Positions 29,635-40,429 of a DNA stretch of 64,000 nt are shown in pieces. Every line of letters begins with the position of its first letter. The stretch's first letter is position 1. The stretch is taken from contig CAVTTL010000001.1 in NCBI GenBank assembly GCA_963737635.1, forward strand, positions 44,999 to 108,998, in the 5' to 3' direction. The DNA comes from an uncultured Methanoregulaceae archaeon. GTDB lineage: Archaea > Halobacteriota > Methanomicrobia > Methanomicrobiales > Methanospirillaceae. Both the position numbers and the translations under genes were made by a program. Below the pieces are notes generated by a model. It was not told where the DNA came from. It saw nothing but the letters and a program-made list of their open reading frames with translations, and did not search any database.

Positions 29635-31239
29635 TTACTGACCCTTTTTATATCCCCACCCGCGCAGCTGATCGATAAGTTCCACGGGTTTTTTGGTCAC
29701 CGTATTAATACGCCCTGCATAAACCCGGCCGCTCGGGCCGTCAAGGGTGATATAATCACTTTCATACAGGTCCCCGGCCGGAAAAGGTGCACATCCGGCG
29801 GGTAAGATCGATTTTGAGGTCTTCACAGCTGACGATGCAGACTTTGCCCATCTGCCGCGCCACAACAGCTGCGTGGGACGTCCGTGCCCCCCGGATGGTG
29901 AGGATACCGGCAGAGGCAGCGATGCCACTAATGTCATCCGGGGTCGCTGTTTCCCGGACCAGGATAACCGGTGAGGTTTTGGCAAGCTCGACCGCACGTT
30001 CGCTCGTAAAAGCGATCTTTCCCGAGGCGACGCCGAGAGATGCAGAAATCCCGGTCGCGAGAGGACTTTCTGTGGTCTCGAGGGTCTGGATGGTAATAGC
30101 ATCGATATCGATATTTTTGATCCGGTCGAGTGCCTCGTCTTTTCCAATGATATTCTCCCGGACAAGGTCGACGGCAATATGCAGGGCCGCAAGAGGGGCC
30201 CGTTTCCCGGACCTGCTCTGGAGGATGAAGAGTTTTCCTTCCTGAACCGTGAACTCGATGTCCTGCATGTCCCGGTACAGGTATTCAAGCCTTGTTGCCG
30301 CATAGGACAATTCTCGGGCTGCAAGGGGGATCCGTCCCGAAAACACATGGTGTGATACCACGCCCATCAGGCCAGAGACTATATCTTCGCCTTGTGCCCC
30401 AAACCTGAAATCGACGAGAAGTTCGTTTGAACCGGTCCATGGGTTCCGGGAGAAAGCAACGCCGGCCCCGGAAAGGGTACCAAGGTTCCCAAAGACCATC
30501 GCCTGCACCGTCACGCCGGTACCGCGTACACCGGGGCCGGGATTCATATTCCGGAAGGTTACGGCACGGGGGCTGTTCCATGACTGCAGGATTGCGGTCG
30601 TGGCCAGTTCGAGCTGCACAAAGACATCTTCAGGCAACCGTCTTCCGTTTGTCCGCGGGTACAGCTTTCGTACTCCTCTGCAATTGACCGAAGGGCTGAG
30701 AAATCGAGTGCGGCTTCTTCGGTGAGCCGTTCTTTTTCCATACTCTCCTGCACAATCTTCCGGTACTGGCCGGGGTCATGGGAAAAAACCACGGTGCCAA
30801 AATTTTCAAGGAACCGCCGGTACGAGTCCCAGGCAAATTTCGGGTTCCCCGTCTGTGCTATGAGCCCCCGCAGCGTATCCCGGTTCAGCCCGATATCGAG
30901 GATTGTCTCCATCGCACCGGGCATACTCGCCGGTGCCCCGGATCGTACCGAAACAAGGAGAGGCCGCCGGCCAGCACCGTAGAGCTGCCCGGTAGACCGC
31001 TCGATAAAAGCAAGCCCCTGGCGGAGAATCTCAGGCACATCGTCGGGGAGTACCTGGCCGTTCCGGTAATATTCCTCGCAGATATCGACGGAAAGGGCAA
31101 ACCCCGGGGGGACCGGGATGCCTTGTGCAGACATCTGGGTAAGAACAGAGGCTTTGTTCCCAAAATCCCCGGAGGTCACCTCATTCCTTACTTCAGGCCC
31201 AAAGAATACGATCCGGGGGGTTTTATCGGTCATAGGCAA
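29635..31239 (-). CDS. Short PPDK-like protein: ATP-grasp plus phosphohistidine swivel domain, no pyruvate/PEP domain (apparent frameshifts at ~30664 and ~29774)
   Basis: GNKASVL..IPVPPGF, PLLVSVRSGAPASMPGAMETIL, GEDIVSG, DIEFTVQEGKLFILQSR, GARTSHAAVVARQMG, ITLDGPSGRVYAG. About 530 codons, then a stop and the convergent sixA gene. Confidence 0.85.
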
Positions 31240-31248
31240 AAATCATCC

Positions 31249-33195
31249 CTAACGGTTCATGCTCTCAATCATGTTATCCCGGACAAGGAACGAGACTTTG
31301 AGGAGGGTGTTGGAAGCTTCCTCCAGCGTCCGGGCAATTTCCAGGTATAACTGGAATTCCTTAAAGTCGGTACATTGCTGGAAAATGATCCGGGCTGTCC
31401 TTCGTAAGGATTCATCGCACAGTCGTTCAATCGAGAAGACTTCATCAACAGCGGTCAGGAGATCTTTCATGTCCTCGCGCTGGCTGGTGCGGTGAAATTC
31501 CTCTGCGGCCATGAGGATCTTCAGGTACCCCCGGCATCCTTTCAGGTCGAGCTCGGCAAGGTTCCTGAGCTCGAAGAGGATATCTTTTGAGTCACCCTGC
31601 TCCGGAACAAGAGTAATAAAAAAACCGGCTTCTTCGAGATAATCCGCAATATCATCCGCGGTCGCGATAAGGGAGATGAAAAAGCCGGGGTTCTGGATCC
31701 TCTGGGAAAGGTTTCTCATCCGGTTGACGAGATCGTCTGCCTTGTGCTCCCATTCCTTTGCCCGGGCGGCATTCCGGGTTACCGCTGCAAGATCGCGCTG
31801 GTCGGATACCGCCCACAAGGATTCCAGGACAATCGACGCGATCTCGATCGAGAACGAGGCATGTTCCTGGCAGAGGTCCAGCATCCCTTCGTGCGCGGAC
31901 CGGAAATACCGGAGTAGTTCGGCGCGGATCTCGTTCTGGAGCAGGAACCGGGACGTGTTTGCAAGAAGTCCTTTTGATGCGGTCCGGAGCACGAACAGGA
32001 GATATTCCATGGTCTGCTCCTTCCCGAGGATTTCGTGCAGCGGCTCACCGTACTGAAGGGGAATGCTCGAGGCCAGTTCAAGCGCTTCATAGATAAGCCG
32101 TTCGCCTCCCAGTTCAAGGAAGGCAATGTGCCCGATCTCTTCATTGGCTGCCCGGGAGAGCACTTCAATGGCGTCTGCATTGGGGACGAAATTGCGCAGC
32201 CTCTTGCGTGCCCGGTTCCAGTCGATCAAAAAAACGACCCGTGAGCCGGTGTGCGCGAGAAAATCCTGTGCATCTTTTTCATCGTGGGCATGGTAGGTGC
32301 CGATAGAGAGGTGAAAGACCGGAACCTCGAATTTCTTCCCGGGCGTCCGGGAGATGGTGTCGCTCCATTGTACCGGGAACGGATGAAAGAGATCCTGGAA
32401 AAAGTGGAGCCGGGGGAGGTGGATATCGGTATAGGTAATGGTAATCGTCAGGTCCCTGACTTTTACCACGAGAACATGTGCATCGGTCAGGCCGATATCG
32501 TTCTGAATAATCAGCTCATCCCCGGACCGGGTCGCAATCGTCCCGAGACCCGGGTGACCGAATTTCAGAGGAGCGGTCCGGTTGACCCCGGACATAAAGG
32601 CCCGGACCATCCCGCGATCCGGATCGGTCAGGAGATAACAGAGGGCACCATCGATATCCTCGTTCGAGATCTGTGTCTGAAGGGCATTTACCGCTTTATG
32701 GAGATCCATGACCAGCAGGTGGATACTATCTGCACCGGAATCCTTGTCACCCCGTGTAATGGTATCGATGAGATCCCCGGTTATTGGCCCGTCCCCGGGT
32801 GAGGCGAGGGATGTCCGGAGACTGGCGAACCGATCCCCAAACGGTTTCGCTTCTGCGGGATCCTGCGATGCAAGCGGGGTTATCATTTCCTCTACTGCGG
32901 TCGCCAGCTCAGAAAAGATCCGGCTTATCAGGGGAATCGCATACCCGTTTTTATCCATCCGGGTCGCACCACCGACAACCGTGTCAAGATCGGGATCCGG
33001 TATCCCGACCGATTCGCGCTCGGCCCGGAGATTTGAGTGGTTCTGGCCGGGATCATCCGCATGGTTCCGGGCTGCCTGGATGAGCGTGAAATAATATTTG
33101 ATCCGGTCGTTTGCCCTCAGGGCGGCATTGACAAGAGCAGGGAGAAGAAGTTTCTCTTCCCCGAGTTCTTCGAGGATCTCGTATTTTTCGACCAT
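31249..33195 (-). CDS. DUF47/PhoU-like phosphate transport regulator fused to a ~400-aa N-terminal domain of unknown function
   Basis: C-terminal EWEHKADD, DDIADYLEEA and IERLCDE motifs of DUF47. Its stop lies 9 nt before the PPDK-like start. Confidence 0.75.
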   Translation of the reverse strand: MVEKYEILEELGEEKLLLPALVNAALRANDRIKYYFTLIQAARNHADDPGQNHSNLRAERESVGIPDPDLDTVVGGATRMDKNGYAIPLISRIFSELATAVEEMITPLASQDPAEAKPFGDRFASLRTSLASPGDGPITGDLIDTITRGDKDSGADSIHLLVMDLHKAVNALQTQISNEDIDGALCYLLTDPDRGMVRAFMSGVNRTAPLKFGHPGLGTIATRSGDELIIQNDIGLTDAHVLVVKVRDLTITITYTDIHLPRLHFFQDLFHPFPVQWSDTISRTPGKKFEVPVFHLSIGTYHAHDEKDAQDFLAHTGSRVVFLIDWNRARKRLRNFVPNADAIEVLSRAANEEIGHIAFLELGGERLIYEALELASSIPLQYGEPLHEILGKEQTMEYLLFVLRTASKGLLANTSRFLLQNEIRAELLRYFRSAHEGMLDLCQEHASFSIEIASIVLESLWAVSDQRDLAAVTRNAARAKEWEHKADDLVNRMRNLSQRIQNPGFFISLIATADDIADYLEEAGFFITLVPEQGDSKDILFELRNLAELDLKGCRGYLKILMAAEEFHRTSQREDMKDLLTAVDEVFSIERLCDESLRRTARIIFQQCTDFKEFQLYLEIARTLEEASNTLLKVSFLVRDNMIESMNR

Positions 33196-33346
33196 TATTC
33201 CACATCACATTATATCAGGAAATTTTATTCCTACAAGCGAGATAACGGAACCTTATACCCTTATGACCCAAAAAGAGTTTCGATGATGCAGTCCTGGTAC
33301 CGGAATAAAACAGGATGTGCCAGTACAAACCAAAACGCCCGTTGAG

Positions 33347-34699
33347 TTATGCACCGCGCTTGATCCGTTCGCGTTCCCGGGCTATCTGGACATGACCAGG
33401 GTTGATCGCAAGAACCTGGTCGTACGCCGCGATCGCTTCGGTATCCCGTTGTGTTTTTTTCAGGATGAATCCCTTATAGATCCAAGCGTCAACAGAAGCC
33501 GCGTCAAGCGCGATTGCCTTGTTGCACGAGGTTAGTGCCTCTTCATATTCCTCGAGCATGACCAGGGTCTTTGCCCGATTGATCCAGACACCGATGTTTG
33601 CCGGATCGAGTTCGAGGGATCGATCATAGGCGGACAGCGATTCATCATAGAGCCCGGCTTTTTTCCGTACATCCCCAAGAGCCCGCCACGCATCCGGATT
33701 GCCGGGGTTTGTCTCTGCATAGCGTTCAAACATCGCCGCTGCATCCTTAAATTTCCCTGTTTTGCTATAGAGATTGCCAAGAATATACCAACGGTCCGGG
33801 ACGGGAACCTTTTCCGGGTGCCGGTCTATTTCTACGATGAGTTCTTCATAGGTACTGCACCGGGGCGCGGCAGATGCCGGGACCGGTTCGGAAGCGGGTT
33901 GTTCCTTTTCCGGGAATATTCCCGGTGGCACGGAGACTTCGGGGGGGTCGCTTTGGACCGGCCTGACTGGGATGGCCCTCTCAATAATAATCCGGGCGAC
34001 CTGTTCAGCACCGACGTGCCCCTTCTGGTTTTTGACGGAATCCTGTTTCAGTGCTGGCAATTCCGGGGCTGTTCTGATGAGAGAAGAGGGTGTATCGGCT
34101 ACAGGAAGCGGCTGTACGATCGGCCCGGGGGGGGTCCGACCGGATTTTTCCGGGAGATGTTCTTTTGGATGTTTTAGGAGAGAGGGTTCCGGGCGGCCGG
34201 TCTCCTTAGTCTTTTTTCGGGCAACACTGATTCCTATTAACGCATCCATGTGCCGTGGATCGAGGCTCAGGACCTGTTCGTACGCGAGAATAGACGCGTC
34301 ATATTTTTCCTGAATTGCAAGGGTCAGTCCTTTTGCATACCAAGCTTGTACAAAAGTCGGGTGTATCGCAAGGGCGCGGTCGTAGAGGTCAAGCGCAAGG
34401 GAATGCTTACCAAGATTGGAATAGATAAGACCTTTATAAACAAGGGCGTCAGGAAGATCGGGATCAATTCCGAGCGCCCGGTCAAAATATTGCAGCGCTT
34501 CCTCAAAGGATCCCAGCTGGTACAGGGCATAGCCCTTGAGCTGGGAGGCACGTGCACGGCCCGGTTCAGCAGCCTGAACTTTTTCAAGGAGATCGATGGC
34601 ATCGGCATAATATCCCTGTCGACACAGGACTTCTCCCCTGTCGAAGAGTGAATCCGGATCCGCTGCCGTATTTTTCAGGAGTTTTTCCATGATGCCCAT
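33347..34699 (-). CDS. TPR repeat protein with central Pro-rich linker
   Basis: Repeated TPR consensus (KGYALYQLGSFEEALQYFDRAL, AWYAKGLTL, VWINRAKTL). Confidence 0.85.
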   Translation of the reverse strand: MGIMEKLLKNTAADPDSLFDRGEVLCRQGYYADAIDLLEKVQAAEPGRARASQLKGYALYQLGSFEEALQYFDRALGIDPDLPDALVYKGLIYSNLGKHSLALDLYDRALAIHPTFVQAWYAKGLTLAIQEKYDASILAYEQVLSLDPRHMDALIGISVARKKTKETGRPEPSLLKHPKEHLPEKSGRTPPGPIVQPLPVADTPSSLIRTAPELPALKQDSVKNQKGHVGAEQVARIIIERAIPVRPVQSDPPEVSVPPGIFPEKEQPASEPVPASAAPRCSTYEELIVEIDRHPEKVPVPDRWYILGNLYSKTGKFKDAAAMFERYAETNPGNPDAWRALGDVRKKAGLYDESLSAYDRSLELDPANIGVWINRAKTLVMLEEYEEALTSCNKAIALDAASVDAWIYKGFILKKTQRDTEAIAAYDQVLAINPGHVQIARERERIKRGA

Positions 34700-34781
34700 T
34701 TACTGAAACCCCGGATCGTTTTCGGTTCACATAGATTTTTCTTTTGGATAAAGGAAAACGCGACAATATATAGATTAACAT

Positions 34782-34823
34782 ATCAGAAATATATATTTTT
34801 CAATCAGAAATTTATATACTTCA
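34782..34823 (+). repeat. Two tandem 21-bp units (18/21 identical); the second reads as BRE plus TATA
   Basis: ATCAGAAATATATATTTTTCA / ATCAGAAATTTATATACTTCA. Confidence 0.7.
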
Positions 34824-35069
34824 ACAATTATTTATTATAAGCCAAAAAATACTAAAGATGATAATCTAATATACTTCCTGATTTTTATCTGTACGGCGGG
34901 CCAGTCCTTATTCTCCTCCAGTTGATTCCGGTGGTGACCATTATGCGGGGAACAAGACCCGGGCAAAAGAGTCTGGATTGAACGTACCGAAGTAACCGAA
35001 TTTTCTCCAGCCCCCAATTACAAACCTTTAATATAAAACCTCTTTAAAGGAATTTAGTGTGGTGTACGG

Positions 35070-35813
35070 GTGAACCCAAAATTTTTCGGCGATGCCAAAG
35101 ACCTGTTTAAATACGATCTTATCACGACGATAATGAAAGGGGTCGGGGAGAGCATTGACCGGATTGTCATCGTGCCGATGCTTACAAAATATGATCCCAA
35201 ATTCCGGGGAAACCCGGGCTGCCGGAACACAAACCTGATAGCCTGTTTCCGACGCTTGAGGCGGACAGAAGAAGTCGATCACTATTATGACGAGTTAAAG
35301 GATTATTTAAAAGAACTCAAAAAAGATCTCCAGAAAGACAAGGTTCGGGTGAGAATTGAGAAAAAGGAGATCTTTTCCCAGCAGACACGCGACCATTATT
35401 TTAAGAGTTTTTATGATAATTTCCCCGGGAACAGCCTGATCTTTATTGATCCGGATACCGGGATCAAGGAAAAGAATTTTACGGAAAAACACTTCTCGTT
35501 CCAAGAGTTAAAGCAGGCTCATGACCTTCTCGACCAGAACTCCATTCTGATGGTATACCAGCACTATCTCCGTCGGAGACAACCGGGCCTCAATGATGCG
35601 GAGAAGAAAAGCAGGGAGATAAAAGAACTGACCGGGACAGCACCTCTGGTTATTGCCGATAACACGGTGATGTTTATTTTCCTTACACGGAACCGGGAAC
35701 TGAGGGAGACCCTGGCTAAGATCCTAAGAAATTATGCCCGGGTAGAGCAGGCGGCAGCAAGAAAGAAAAATACCCTTCGCTCCATAGATGTCATAGATCC
35801 CGAATGGTCCTGA
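35070..35813 (+). CDS. Hypothetical protein, possibly a methyltransferase-like Rossmann fold
   Basis: 247-aa ORF with its own TATA-like element (~35027); FFGDAKDLFKY and LIFIDPDTG motifs. Confidence 0.6.
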   Translation: MNPKFFGDAKDLFKYDLITTIMKGVGESIDRIVIVPMLTKYDPKFRGNPGCRNTNLIACFRRLRRTEEVDHYYDELKDYLKELKKDLQKDKVRVRIEKKEIFSQQTRDHYFKSFYDNFPGNSLIFIDPDTGIKEKNFTEKHFSFQELKQAHDLLDQNSILMVYQHYLRRRQPGLNDAEKKSREIKELTGTAPLVIADNTVMFIFLTRNRELRETLAKILRNYARVEQAAARKKNTLRSIDVIDPEWS

Positions 35814-36006
35814 AATCCTAAGGAACAAGATCTTCTCTGTCGGCCCGTTATGGGGAATGTTTTCTTTTTGTCATAATAGCGCTGACGTTTTTTTGTGGTG
35901 TATTCTCTCCCTATTTCTAAGGAGATAAGGAATAGGATCTTGAGATTGTCACAACCACAGGAACCATATCATAGGCAGGACAAAAACTCTATAGGATTAT
36001 TCCCTT

Positions 36007-36909
36007 ATGGCACGAGCTCCAGCATTTCACTCACAGCGCGAACAATTCGAGGATCTCAGTACTGACCAGATTTTCAAGCTGTTTGAATCTTCGTGTAAGA
36101 CCAAAAAATCTTCCTTATCCTCCAAGGATCTTGCCGACGCATGGGGAGTTCTTTTCTCCGGCGTATGCCTCTCTGCCGAGGAACTGGTAAACGGGATGCT
36201 GACCGGGCAGCATCCGCTTAATACAGACCGGGAAAAGATCCTCTGCGAGTTTATCCGAAATGACTGCAAAAGTGGCGGGGGTTTTGTCCTTGAAGTGGCC
36301 CGGAGCGGGGGGAAGATCGACCGTGCAGCATTAATCATGATCGGTGACCCGGAAAATCTTGCGGGTGTCGAACATCATGGCTCAACTGCACTTCACATTC
36401 TTGCTGAAGCATGCGACCGCGCAATGAGGCCTGCCCTTATCAGCCGGGCAGGAAAAAAAGCACTCACCGAGCTGTACGATACGCGGGGGATGCCCCTCCT
36501 TTTTACCATATTTGGGTTAAAAGACCTTGCGCGTGACGATCTCACGGCAATCGGGAAAATGTTTACACGAGATGAGCTGCGAAAGGCGAAGGTCAGGAAC
36601 CGGACCGGAAAAACCGGGCTTGAGCTGTATTCCGAGGCAAGCCGGCGACTGAACGGCCGTGAACCTGATGAACGCAATTCATTTGCGGCACCTGGTGCCG
36701 TAAAAAACACAAACCTCCGGGGCCAGTTCGGATCGCGGTCCCATTCGGGCGGGCGTGACACGCACCTCTCAGGCACCGATGTAATGGGGGAGAACCGGAG
36801 AGGGGATGAAGGGACCGGAATATCGAGTTCGGAGCGGTACGATGACCTGATGAGGAATCCACTTGACAATTTCCAAGGGATGGTTCATCGGAAAAACGGG
36901 CCGAAATAG
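36007..36909 (+). CDS. Hypothetical protein with degenerate ankyrin-like repeats
   Basis: GSTALHILA, GMPLLFTIF and GKTGLELY are spaced roughly like ankyrin repeats; low-complexity C-tail. Confidence 0.55.
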   Translation: MARAPAFHSQREQFEDLSTDQIFKLFESSCKTKKSSLSSKDLADAWGVLFSGVCLSAEELVNGMLTGQHPLNTDREKILCEFIRNDCKSGGGFVLEVARSGGKIDRAALIMIGDPENLAGVEHHGSTALHILAEACDRAMRPALISRAGKKALTELYDTRGMPLLFTIFGLKDLARDDLTAIGKMFTRDELRKAKVRNRTGKTGLELYSEASRRLNGREPDERNSFAAPGAVKNTNLRGQFGSRSHSGGRDTHLSGTDVMGENRRGDEGTGISSSERYDDLMRNPLDNFQGMVHRKNGPK

Positions 36910-37039
36910 AATTTTCGCTAAAACACGGATTTCCAGAAAAGATTTCCTCCCACACTTTTTTATTATGGTGCAAATGGCGGGGGTCAATTATAATCCCGAC
37001 CGGCACAAAGACAGGAATAACAACAAGGGGTAATGGCAA

Positions 37040-37594
37040 ATGCAGAACAATGAGCAGAAAAACACCAGCGCATCCGTACCGTTCCGGACGGTTGCCCATT
37101 TCTATGACCCGGATGACCCGGCACCCGAGAATCACCGGGAGTTGTCGGACCGGGCCGAGAAAGCGATCTTCCGCAGGGTGCTGGAGGGACAGAAAGGGAG
37201 GCATGAAGCGCTGTGCAACCATCTGGAAATTCTTCTCCCGGCACCCGAGCTGACACCAGACCGTACAGCCGCAATTACTTCAGCGATCCGGTCCCATTTC
37301 CGGCTTCGGGCGGATGAGGTAGGAAGGGACATGAAGCTGACGCAGAATGTCGGTCTCCGGGAGTTCCGGCTTACCATCGCCGTGTGGATTCCCTCATTCA
37401 TCGGTATTGCCGTCTGTTCCCAGTTCAAAGGGAACCCGATCGGCGAGGTTGCAGAGAACGTTCTGGTGATCTTGTGTTGGGTGACCCTCTGGCAGCCGTT
37501 CCAGGTTCTGGTCTTTGACCGGTGGACGCAATCGGAAACTGCAAAAGTGTACCGGAAGATCGCGGAGATGGAGATCGGGGTCCGGGCAGCCTGA
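37040..37594 (+). CDS. Hypothetical membrane protein with two C-terminal TM helices
   Basis: 184-aa ORF with hydrophobic segments and WVTLWQPF..FDRW. Confidence 0.7.
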   Translation: MQNNEQKNTSASVPFRTVAHFYDPDDPAPENHRELSDRAEKAIFRRVLEGQKGRHEALCNHLEILLPAPELTPDRTAAITSAIRSHFRLRADEVGRDMKLTQNVGLREFRLTIAVWIPSFIGIAVCSQFKGNPIGEVAENVLVILCWVTLWQPFQVLVFDRWTQSETAKVYRKIAEMEIGVRAA

Positions 37595-37638
37595 TCCGTC
37601 AGCGGTCCGCCGGGGAACCAACCATTAACTAAACCGCA

Positions 37639-39406
37639 ATGAAAATATCCCTTATCATGACACCCGGTTCGTGGCGGGATAGGCCCCCAGCCAAGATCCA
37701 GATCCTCGCGGGGTTCTGCGTTCTCTGTATTCTCATACTTGCACTGGTTTTACTCTCAGGGTATCTTACCTGGCCCGTCCCGGTACCGCACGCGAACGTC
37801 ACGGTCCATGTAAAAATTCTTGAGGTAAACGATTTCCATGGGCACATGGCCACGGGACAGATCCTGAATAACCGGCCAGTCGGGGGTGCGCCGGTCCTTG
37901 CTTCCTATCTCAAATCGGCGATGGTGTCCGGGAATGCAGATGGCACCATCATTGCCCTGCCCGGGGATGTGATCGGGTCAGCGCCACCTGTTTCCGGGCT
38001 GCTCCTTGACGAGCCGACCATGCTGTTTTTCAACAGTTTTGCAAACCAGTACTGTACCATCGGATCGAACTCCCCAAGCGTTTCCTGTAATATGGTTGCA
38101 ACGCTCGGCAACCAGGAGTTCAATAATGGTGTACCGGAACTGCTGAGAATGATTAACGGCGGGGATGGAACAACAAATATCACACACGTCGTCGATCCGT
38201 ACCCGGGCACGAAAATCGATTATGTCTGCGCAAATGTGGTCTGGACCGCGAACAACACCCCTGTCCTGCCACCTTATACCCTGCGAACTGTTGACGGTGT
38301 GACCATTGCATTCATTGGCGCAGATACGATAAAGACTCCCACGCTTACGACCCCTGCCAACGTTGAAGGCCTGACCTTTTTGGATGAAGCCGATTCCATA
38401 AACCGGTATATCCCGGAGATCCAGAAACAGGGTGTACATGCAATCGTGGTCCTCCTTCACGAAGGCGGGAACCAGACTCCCTATGAGGGCCCCACGCAGG
38501 TGAACGCGACCATGCAGAACGATGGGCGGGTAGTCGGGATTGTTTCCCGGCTTGACCCGGCTGTTGATGTTGTTTTGTCCGCCCATACCCATGAGTTTAC
38601 GAACATCTATCTGCCCAACTCTGTTGGAAAACCCGTGCTCGTGACACAGGCGTACATGTACAGTAGGGGGTATGGCGATATCGATCTCACGATCGACAAA
38701 GAGACCGGGGAGATCGTGGGGAAATCCGCACAGATTATCCCGACCTATGCAGATCAGGCTCCCGGCACCAGCCCGGATCCTGCTACCTCAGCGCTCCTTA
38801 ACGAGGCCCAAAACGCCGTTGCTCCGGTTGAGAACCAGGTAATCGGCGTAGTCTGCGGGGAATATTACCCTGACACAGGACGGTGCCGGGGAATCGGCGA
38901 TGGGAGATCTGGTGGCAGACGGGGAGCGGGCCGCGATGAAAACAGATGTGGGATTTGATACATCCGGTGACGTTTTTGCAAATATCTCCAAAGGAAATAT
39001 TACCTGGATGGACCTGTACAATGTCCAGCCTTCTGCAGGGACGCTCATGTCAATGACCATGTCAGGCAAACAGGTCAAGCAAACTCTTGAACAGCAGTGG
39101 CAGGCGCCGCTCCCTTCAAGCAATCTCATTGTCTCGGGACTTTCCTATACTTATGATGCTGCGAAACCTGCCGGAAGTAAAGTGATTTCAGTTTCGATAA
39201 ACGGCGTTCCTCTCAACCTGAATACGAGTTATACCGTTTCAACAGTCGACACCGTAACCTTGGGCTATGACGGGTATACGACGTTTGGGCAGGGATCGAA
39301 TATGACCTACGGGCCGACCGATATCGATGCACTTGTTAACTACGTGGGATCATTGCCTCAACCGGTGAACGTGACAATTGACGGGAGGATACGGAGGATC
39401 AACTGA
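37639..39406 (+). CDS. Membrane-anchored 5'-nucleotidase / 2',3'-cyclic phosphodiesterase family protein (apparent +1 frameshift at ~38852)
   Basis: EVNDFHG, PGDVIG, TLGNQEF, LLHEGG, VLSAHTH, GESAMGDLVAD and VSGLSYTYD motifs. Removing T from AGTCT restores VIGVAAGNIT. Confidence 0.88.
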
Positions 39407-39613
39407 CAGGGCTGATGCACACCTCCCCAGATACGCTGTAGGCGGATAGGAACCACGGGAGATCCGCTAAGCTGTTCTGTCCAGCCGGTGCTGGTGCATT
39501 AGCAGTTTAGTAACTCATACTCTACCTCATTAAAATATTCAAATCAACCGCCACTCGCAACCAGTACCCTCAAAACACATATCAGAGTCCGGAGGCGAAT
39601 TGTACCGGTACTC

Positions 39614-40352
39614 ATGAGCGGCACGGTGCGGTATCCCGAAATCGACCTCTTCCGGGGTATCGCCATCGTGATGATGATCCTCTTTCACACCATCTTCGAT
39701 CTCACGTTTTTTCGGATCGTTCCGTTCGATGTAACAGATGGGTTCTGGCGGTATTTTGCCTACGCCACTGCCTCGCTTTTCCTGCTCATTGTAGGAATAT
39801 CACTTTCGATTAGCCATGCCCGCGCTGTATCCCACCTCAATGGTTGGGCACGGGTAAAAAAATTCATCCTGAGAGAGCGGCATTTTCTGCTGCGGGCTTC
39901 TGGTAACTCTTGCAACCTGGTGGTACCTTCAGGAGGGATATGTCATATTCGGTATCCTGCACCTGATCGGGGTTGCGGTTATGCTCTCGCCGCTTTTCTT
40001 CCGGTTCCGCACCTGGAATGCGGTGATCGGGATCGTCTTTATTGCCCTCGGGTGGATCCTTGCCACTATCCCGGGCCCTATGGGGCTTTTGGTCTTCGGC
40101 ATTCACCCGCTCATGTTCCAGAGTGTCGATTATACCCCGGTGTTTCCGTGGATGGGACTCGTTTTGATCGGCCTTGCCGTTGGGGAGTTCGCCTACCCCG
40201 GGGGAGAGCGGAGGTGGACACTTCCCAAGATCCCTGAACGGGAGATCGCCCCACTTTCTTTTCTTGGCAGGCATTCGCTCATTATTTACCTCGTGCACCA
40301 GCCGGTAATCCTCCTGATAATACACTTTGTAACAGGCGCACCGATTCTCTGA
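39614..40352 (+). CDS. DUF1624 / HGSNAT-like membrane acyltransferase-family protein (apparent frameshift at ~39877)
   Basis: EIDLFRGIAIVMMILFH, FGILHLIG, DYTPVFPW and FLGRHSLIIYLVHQP motifs across two frames. Confidence 0.85.
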
Positions 40353-40429
40353 GAACACGCGGCATTGCTGGACCGATTTTCGGTAGATATACCGTATTCA
40401 ACAAACTACAGAAGGGAGCACGTTATTTT

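Noticed and set aside
34740-34860. Replication origin in the AT-rich repeat region
   Set aside because: No ORB-like boxes with G-strings and no cdc6/orc1 gene nearby; it reads better as promoters.
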